A stretch of DNA of 63,091 nucleotides from an uncultured Bifidobacterium sp. Lineage in GTDB: Bacteria; Pseudomonadota; Gammaproteobacteria; Burkholderiales; Burkholderiaceae_D. The stretch is from assembly GCA_964613635.1 (NCBI GenBank), contig CAZTIF010000003.1:1-63091 (forward strand), given 5' to 3'. The position numbers were made by a program, and so were the translations under genes. Shown piece after piece: positions 58,600-63,091 of this stretch (positions are counted from its first letter, which is position 1; each line of letters begins with the position of its first letter). The notes beneath the pieces were generated by a model that searched no databases, had not been told where the DNA came from, and was given only the letters and a program-made list of their open reading frames with translations.

Positions 58600-60123
58600 T
58601 CAGAGGAACAACTTGTACGCCGGGTTCCCGCTCTCATCCCACGCACGATACCCCAGCGTCGCCAGGAACGCACGGAAGTCCTTCATCTCCTTCTTCGGCA
58701 CCTGCAGCCCGACCAGCACGCGGCCGACGTCGCCGCCCTGGCTGCGGTAGTGGAACAGGCTGATGTTCCAGTTCGGCGCGAGGCTGTCGAGGAAGCGCAG
58801 CAGCGCGCCCGGCCGCTCGGGGAATTCGAAGCGGTAAAGGATCTCGTCCTGCGCCAGCGCGCTCTTGCCGCCCACCAGATGGCGGATATGCAGCTTCGCC
58901 AGTTCGTCCTGCGTCAGGTCGAGCGCGCGGAAACCATGCTTCTCGAAATGCTTGCTGATCTTGCCCGACTCGTCGCGGTCGGCGATCTGCAGGCCGACGA
59001 ATACATGCGCCTGGTTCGCGTCGCTGATCCGGTAATTGAATTCGGTGACGGCGCGCGCGCCGATCAGCCGGCAGAAACGCTTGAAGCTGCCGCGCTCCTC
59101 GGGAATCGTCACGGCGAACACCGCCTCATGCGCCTCGCCCACCTCGGCACGCTCGGCGACGAAGCGCAGGCGGTCGAAGTTCATGTTCGCGCCGCAGGCG
59201 ATCGCCACCAGCGTCTCGCCGCGCAGCGGCTTGCGTGATTTCGCCGAACGCTCCACATAGGCCTTCGCACCGGCCACCGCCAGCGCACCGGCCGGCTCGA
59301 GGATGCTGCGGGTGTCGGTGAACACGTCCTTGATCGCCGCGCAAACCGCGTCGGTATCGACCAGGATGATCTCGTCGACCACCTGTTTCGCGAGACGGAA
59401 AGTCTCCTCGCCGACCTGCTTGACCGCGGTGCCGTCGGAGAACAGGCCGACGTCCTGCAGCATCACGCGGCGGCCGGCGGCGAGCGAGCGCGCCATCGCG
59501 TCCGAGTCGGTGGTCTGCACGCCGATCACCTTGATGTCCGGGCGCACTTCCTTGATGTAGGCGCCGACGCCGCCGATCAGGCCGCCGCCGCCGATGGCCA
59601 CGAACACCGCATGGATCGGCCCCGAATGCTGGCTCAGGATCTCCATCGCGATCGTGCCCTGGCCGGCGATCACGTCGGGGTCGTCGAACGGGTGCACGAA
59701 AGTCAGCTTGTGTTTTTTCTCGAGCGTCAGCGCGTGCTGGTAGGCGTCGGAATAGGAATCGCCGGCCAGCACCACTTCGCCGCCGCGCGCGCGCACTGCC
59801 TCGATCTTCACCGCCGGCGTGGTGGTTGGCATCACGATCACGGCGCGGCAGCCGAGCGTCTTCGCCGACAGCGCCACCCCCTGCGCATGATTGCCTGCGG
59901 ACGCGCAGATCACGCCGCGCTTCAGTTGCGCCGCCGTCAGCTGCGCCATCTTGTTGTACGCTCCGCGCAGCTTGAAGCTGAACACGCTCTGCATGTCCTC
60001 GCGCTTGAAGTAGATCGAGTTGCCGATCCGCCCGGACAGCGTGCGCGCCAGCTCCAGCGGGGTCTCGACCGCCACGTCATAGACGCGCGAGGTCAGGATT
60101 TTCTTCAGGTAATCGGTGGTCAT
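58600..60123 (-). CDS. ilvA: Threonine ammonia-lyase, biosynthetic
   Basis: KRED.Q..FSFKLRGA, SAGNHAQG, GGGGL, two C-terminal ACT-like domains (PERPGAL). Confidence 0.97.
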   Translation of the reverse strand: MTTDYLKKILTSRVYDVAVETPLELARTLSGRIGNSIYFKREDMQSVFSFKLRGAYNKMAQLTAAQLKRGVICASAGNHAQGVALSAKTLGCRAVIVMPTTTPAVKIEAVRARGGEVVLAGDSYSDAYQHALTLEKKHKLTFVHPFDDPDVIAGQGTIAMEILSQHSGPIHAVFVAIGGGGLIGGVGAYIKEVRPDIKVIGVQTTDSDAMARSLAAGRRVMLQDVGLFSDGTAVKQVGEETFRLAKQVVDEIILVDTDAVCAAIKDVFTDTRSILEPAGALAVAGAKAYVERSAKSRKPLRGETLVAIACGANMNFDRLRFVAERAEVGEAHEAVFAVTIPEERGSFKRFCRLIGARAVTEFNYRISDANQAHVFVGLQIADRDESGKISKHFEKHGFRALDLTQDELAKLHIRHLVGGKSALAQDEILYRFEFPERPGALLRFLDSLAPNWNISLFHYRSQGGDVGRVLVGLQVPKKEMKDFRAFLATLGYRAWDESGNPAYKLFL

Positions 60124-60181
60124 GGCGAATCATTATAATTGACCGCCTTTCGCCCTCGTTAACACCTACTTTCACCGATCG

Positions 60182-60670
60182 ATGCTCGCCTCGGCCTTGA
60201 CCGCCCTGCTGAATGCGCTTGCGCTGCCGGCCTTCAGCCTGCCCGCGCTGTTCGTGATCGCGCTGGTGTCGGCGACGCTGCTGCCGATGGGCTCCGAGCC
60301 GGCGCTGTTCGCGCTGGTGAAGCTGCAGCCGGAAATGTTCTGGCCGGCGGTGTTCGTCGCCACCGCCGGCAACACGGTTGGCGGCGCGATCAGCTGGGCG
60401 ATGGGCATCGGCGCGAAGAAAGCCTTTGCCGAGGAGCGCCAGACCCGCTGGTTCGGCTGGCTGCAGCGTTTCGGCCCGAAGACCCTGCTGCTGTCCTGGC
60501 TCCCCGTGATCGGCGACCCGCTGTGTGCGCTGGCCGGCTGGCTGAAAATGCCGTTCTGGCCCTGCCTGTTGTACATGGGCCTCGGCAAGCTGGCGCGTTA
60601 CCTCAGTGTCACTGCGTTGCTGCTGACCGTGCCGAACGGCTTCTGGCACCGGCTGCTGGCCTGGGGCTGA
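60182..60670 (+). CDS. YqaA family (DedA-like) membrane protein
   Basis: SATLLPMGSE, ATAGNTVGG, LLSWLPVIGDPL...AGWL. Confidence 0.9.
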   Translation: MLASALTALLNALALPAFSLPALFVIALVSATLLPMGSEPALFALVKLQPEMFWPAVFVATAGNTVGGAISWAMGIGAKKAFAEERQTRWFGWLQRFGPKTLLLSWLPVIGDPLCALAGWLKMPFWPCLLYMGLGKLARYLSVTALLLTVPNGFWHRLLAWG

Positions 60671-60780
60671 GCGGCAGGCGTCGTTTCGCATAGCCACAGG
60701 AAGCCAAGGGGCTCTGCTGAATCCTTGTGCATCGCAATACGCTAAAATGCGTCTTTAGCTTCTCAGGCCTCGCATTTCTG

Positions 60781-63091
60781 ATGAACGCCCCTGCGCAAAT
60801 TCAAGCCCTGCTTACCGACGCGCCCGAAGGCAGCCAGCCGACGCGCCTGCGCGAAATTCCGTACAACTACACCTCGTTCTCCGACCGCGAGATCGTCATC
60901 CGCCTGCTCGGCGATGCCGCCTGGGATCTGATCTCGCAGCTGCGCAGCCTGCGCCAGACCGGTCGTTCCGCGCGCATGCTGTACGAAGTGCTCGGCGATA
61001 TCTGGGTCGTGCGCCGCAATCCTTACCTGCAGGATGACCTGCTCGACAACCCGTCGCGCCGCGAGGCCCTGATCGACGCGATGATCCACCGGCTCAATGA
61101 AGTCGAGCGCCGCCGTGTGTCGGCCGAGGGTGACGAGACGCTCGAGCCCGAGATCCGCCAGCGCAAGCAGCATGTGGCCACGCTGGTCGAGCTGGCGCGC
61201 AAGGCGGTCGAGGACTTCGCCGCCGAATTCAAGCTGATGCAGGACCTGCGCCGACGCAGCAAGCGCGTGCTGGGTCGCTACACCGCCGCCGACAACATCA
61301 AGTTCGACGGCCTGTCGCGCGTGTCGCACGTGACCGATGCGACCGACTGGCGCGTCGAGTACCCGTTCGTCGTGCTCACGCCCGATTCGGAAGACGAGAT
61401 GGCCGGCCTGGTCAAGGGCTGCATCGAACTCGGCCTGACCATCATCCCGCGTGGCGGCGGCACCGGTTACACCGGCGGCGCGATTCCGCTGACGCCGATG
61501 TCGGCCGTGATCAATACCGAAAAGCTCGAAGACCTTGGCGCGGTCGAAATGACCCGGCTGCCCGGCGTGGACCGCGACTACGCGACCATCTACTCGGGCG
61601 CTGGCGTGGTCACCAAGCGCGTGTCCGACGCCGCCGAAAAGGCCGGCTTCGTGTTCGCCGTCGACCCGACCTCGGCCGAGGCGTCGTGCATCGGCGGCAA
61701 TATCGCGATGAACGCTGGCGGCAAGAAGGCCGTGCTGTGGGGCACTGCGCTCGACAACCTGGCCAGCTGGCGCATGGTCGACCCGAACGGCGACTGGCTC
61801 GAGGTCACGCGCCTCGACCACAACCTCGGCAAGATCCATGACGCACCGGTGGCGCGCTTCAGGCTCGAATGGACGCATCCGGCCGAGCGCGGCCGCCGCA
61901 ACAAGCCGTTCCGCACCGAAGTCCTCGACATCGAAGGCCGCAAGTTCCGCAAGGAAGGCCTCGGCAAGGACGTCACCGACAAATTCCTCGCCGGCCTGCC
62001 CGGCGTGCAGAAGGAAGGCACCGACGGCCTGATCACGTCGGCGCGCTGGATCCTGCACAAGATGCCGAAATACGCGCGCACCGTCTGCCTCGAGTTCTTC
62101 GGCCAGGCGCGCGATGCGATTCCGTCGATCGTCGAGATCAAGGACTTCCTCGACAACGAAACGAAGCAGGGCGGCGCGATCCTTGCCGGCCTCGAGCACC
62201 TCGACGAGCGCTACCTGCGCGCAGTCGGCTATGCGACCAAGTCCAAGCGCGGCGTGCTGCCGAAGATGGCACTGTTCGGCGACATCGTCGGCGACGATGA
62301 AGATGCGGTTGCACGCGCGACCTCCGAAGTGATCCGCTTGGCCAACACGCGCGTCGGCGAAGGTTTTGTCGCCGTCAGCCCCGAGGCCCGCAAGAAATTC
62401 TGGCTCGATCGCGCGCGCACCGCCGCGATCGCGCGCCACACCAACGCGTTCAAGATCAACGAAGACGTGGTGATCCCGCTCGACCGCATGGGCGAGTACA
62501 CCGACGGCATCGAGCGCATCAACATCGAACTCTCGATCGGCAACAAGCTGAAACTGCTCGACGAGTTGTCCGCCTTCTTCGCGAAGGGCAATCTGCCGCT
62601 GGGCAAGAGCGACGACAGCGAAGGCTTCGACATACCGCCGGCCGAGCTGCTGGAAGACCGGGTGGGACAGGCCGCTGCGCTGCTCGACGGCGTGCACGCG
62701 CGCTGGTCGTGGCTGCTGGCGAATTTCGATCGCCCGGTCGCCGACGTGCGTGGCGAGCTGAACGTGATCGGCCTCGACAAGCTGTCCGCCGACATCGATG
62801 CGCGTGCCGCCGCGCAGCCGGGCGTGAGCGTATTCGACCTGCTGCAGGACCGCACGATTCGCGTGTCGTGGAAGGCCGAGGTGCGTGCGCTGCTGCGCCA
62901 GATCTTCAACGGCGCGGCGTTCAAGCCCATCGTCGACGAGTGCTCGGCGATCCACAAGCGCGTGCTGCGCGGCCGCGTGTTCGTCGCGCTGCACATGCAT
63001 GCGGGTGACGGCAACGTGCACACCAACCTGCCGGTCAACTCCGACGACTATGAAATGCTGAAGACCGCGCATGCGGCGGTCGAGCGCATCA
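60781..63091 (+). CDS. DUF3683-type FAD-linked oxidoreductase (partial, runs off window end)
   Basis: Not in the ORF track. MNAPAQ...[57 protein letters not shown]. Confidence 0.9.
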   Translation, partial: MNAPAQIQALLTDAPEGSQPTRLREIPYNYTSFSDREIVIRLLGDAAWDLISQLRSLRQTGRSARMLYEVLGDIWVVRRNPYLQDDLLDNPSRREALIDAMIHRLNEVERRRVSAEGDETLEPEIRQRKQHVATLVELARKAVEDFAAEFKLMQDLRRRSKRVLGRYTAADNIKFDGLSRVSHVTDATDWRVEYPFVVLTPDSEDEMAGLVKGCIELGLTIIPRGGGTGYTGGAIPLTPMSAVINTEKLEDLGAVEMTRLPGVDRDYATIYSGAGVVTKRVSDAAEKAGFVFAVDPTSAEASCIGGNIAMNAGGKKAVLWGTALDNLASWRMVDPNGDWLEVTRLDHNLGKIHDAPVARFRLEWTHPAERGRRNKPFRTEVLDIEGRKFRKEGLGKDVTDKFLAGLPGVQKEGTDGLITSARWILHKMPKYARTVCLEFFGQARDAIPSIVEIKDFLDNETKQGGAILAGLEHLDERYLRAVGYATKSKRGVLPKMALFGDIVGDDEDAVARATSEVIRLANTRVGEGFVAVSPEARKKFWLDRARTAAIARHTNAFKINEDVVIPLDRMGEYTDGIERINIELSIGNKLKLLDELSAFFAKGNLPLGKSDDSEGFDIPPAELLEDRVGQAAALLDGVHARWSWLLANFDRPVADVRGELNVIGLDKLSADIDARAAAQPGVSVFDLLQDRTIRVSWKAEVRALLRQIFNGAAFKPIVDECSAIHKRVLRGRVFVALHMHAGDGNVHTNLPVNSDDYEMLKTAHAAVERI

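Noticed and set aside
60763..63072. 769-aa minus-strand ORF
   Set aside because: Shadow of the plus-strand oxidoreductase starting at 60781.

Overview
Betaproteobacterial (Burkholderiales-like) chromosome segment. The right part (about 46.5-63 kb) is ordinary core genome: pth, rplY, prs, tRNA-Gln, ispE, lolB, a TPR protein, mutM, mutY, a Lon-N protein, rapZ, hprK, ptsN, queF, ilvA, YqaA and a partial FAD-linked oxidoreductase. The left part (about 1-46 kb) is an accessory cell-surface region surrounding ychF. It encodes a type I secretion system (TolC, two PrtD-like ABC proteins, HlyD) and four candidate cargos: a 1398-aa acidic S-layer-like beta-repeat protein, a 1107-aa pure octapeptide-repeat protein, a kexin-like S8/RTX protease and a C-type-lectin/RTX protein. 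It also encodes a CHASE2 adenylate cyclase-Crp-FecR-outer-membrane-barrel signalling module and a modification toolkit (two sulfotransferases, CysQ, TauE/SafE, a SET-like protein, a SAM methyltransferase, GT4, and three cyanophycin-synthetase-like ATP-grasp paralogues that all lack the Mur P-loop). The main observations are: (1) a RuvC-less TnpB/Cas12f-like N-terminal-half protein translationally coupled inside the T1SS operon; (2) four Crp boxes (TGTGA-N6-TCACA, 0-1 mismatch) placed in front of the cargo, sensor and T1SS genes; (3) a possible protein sulfation/methylation pathway for the secreted surface protein; (4) a 31/33-bp inverted copy of ychF coding sequence bracketing the ychF start. 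All family calls come from reading motifs by eye; no database search was run.
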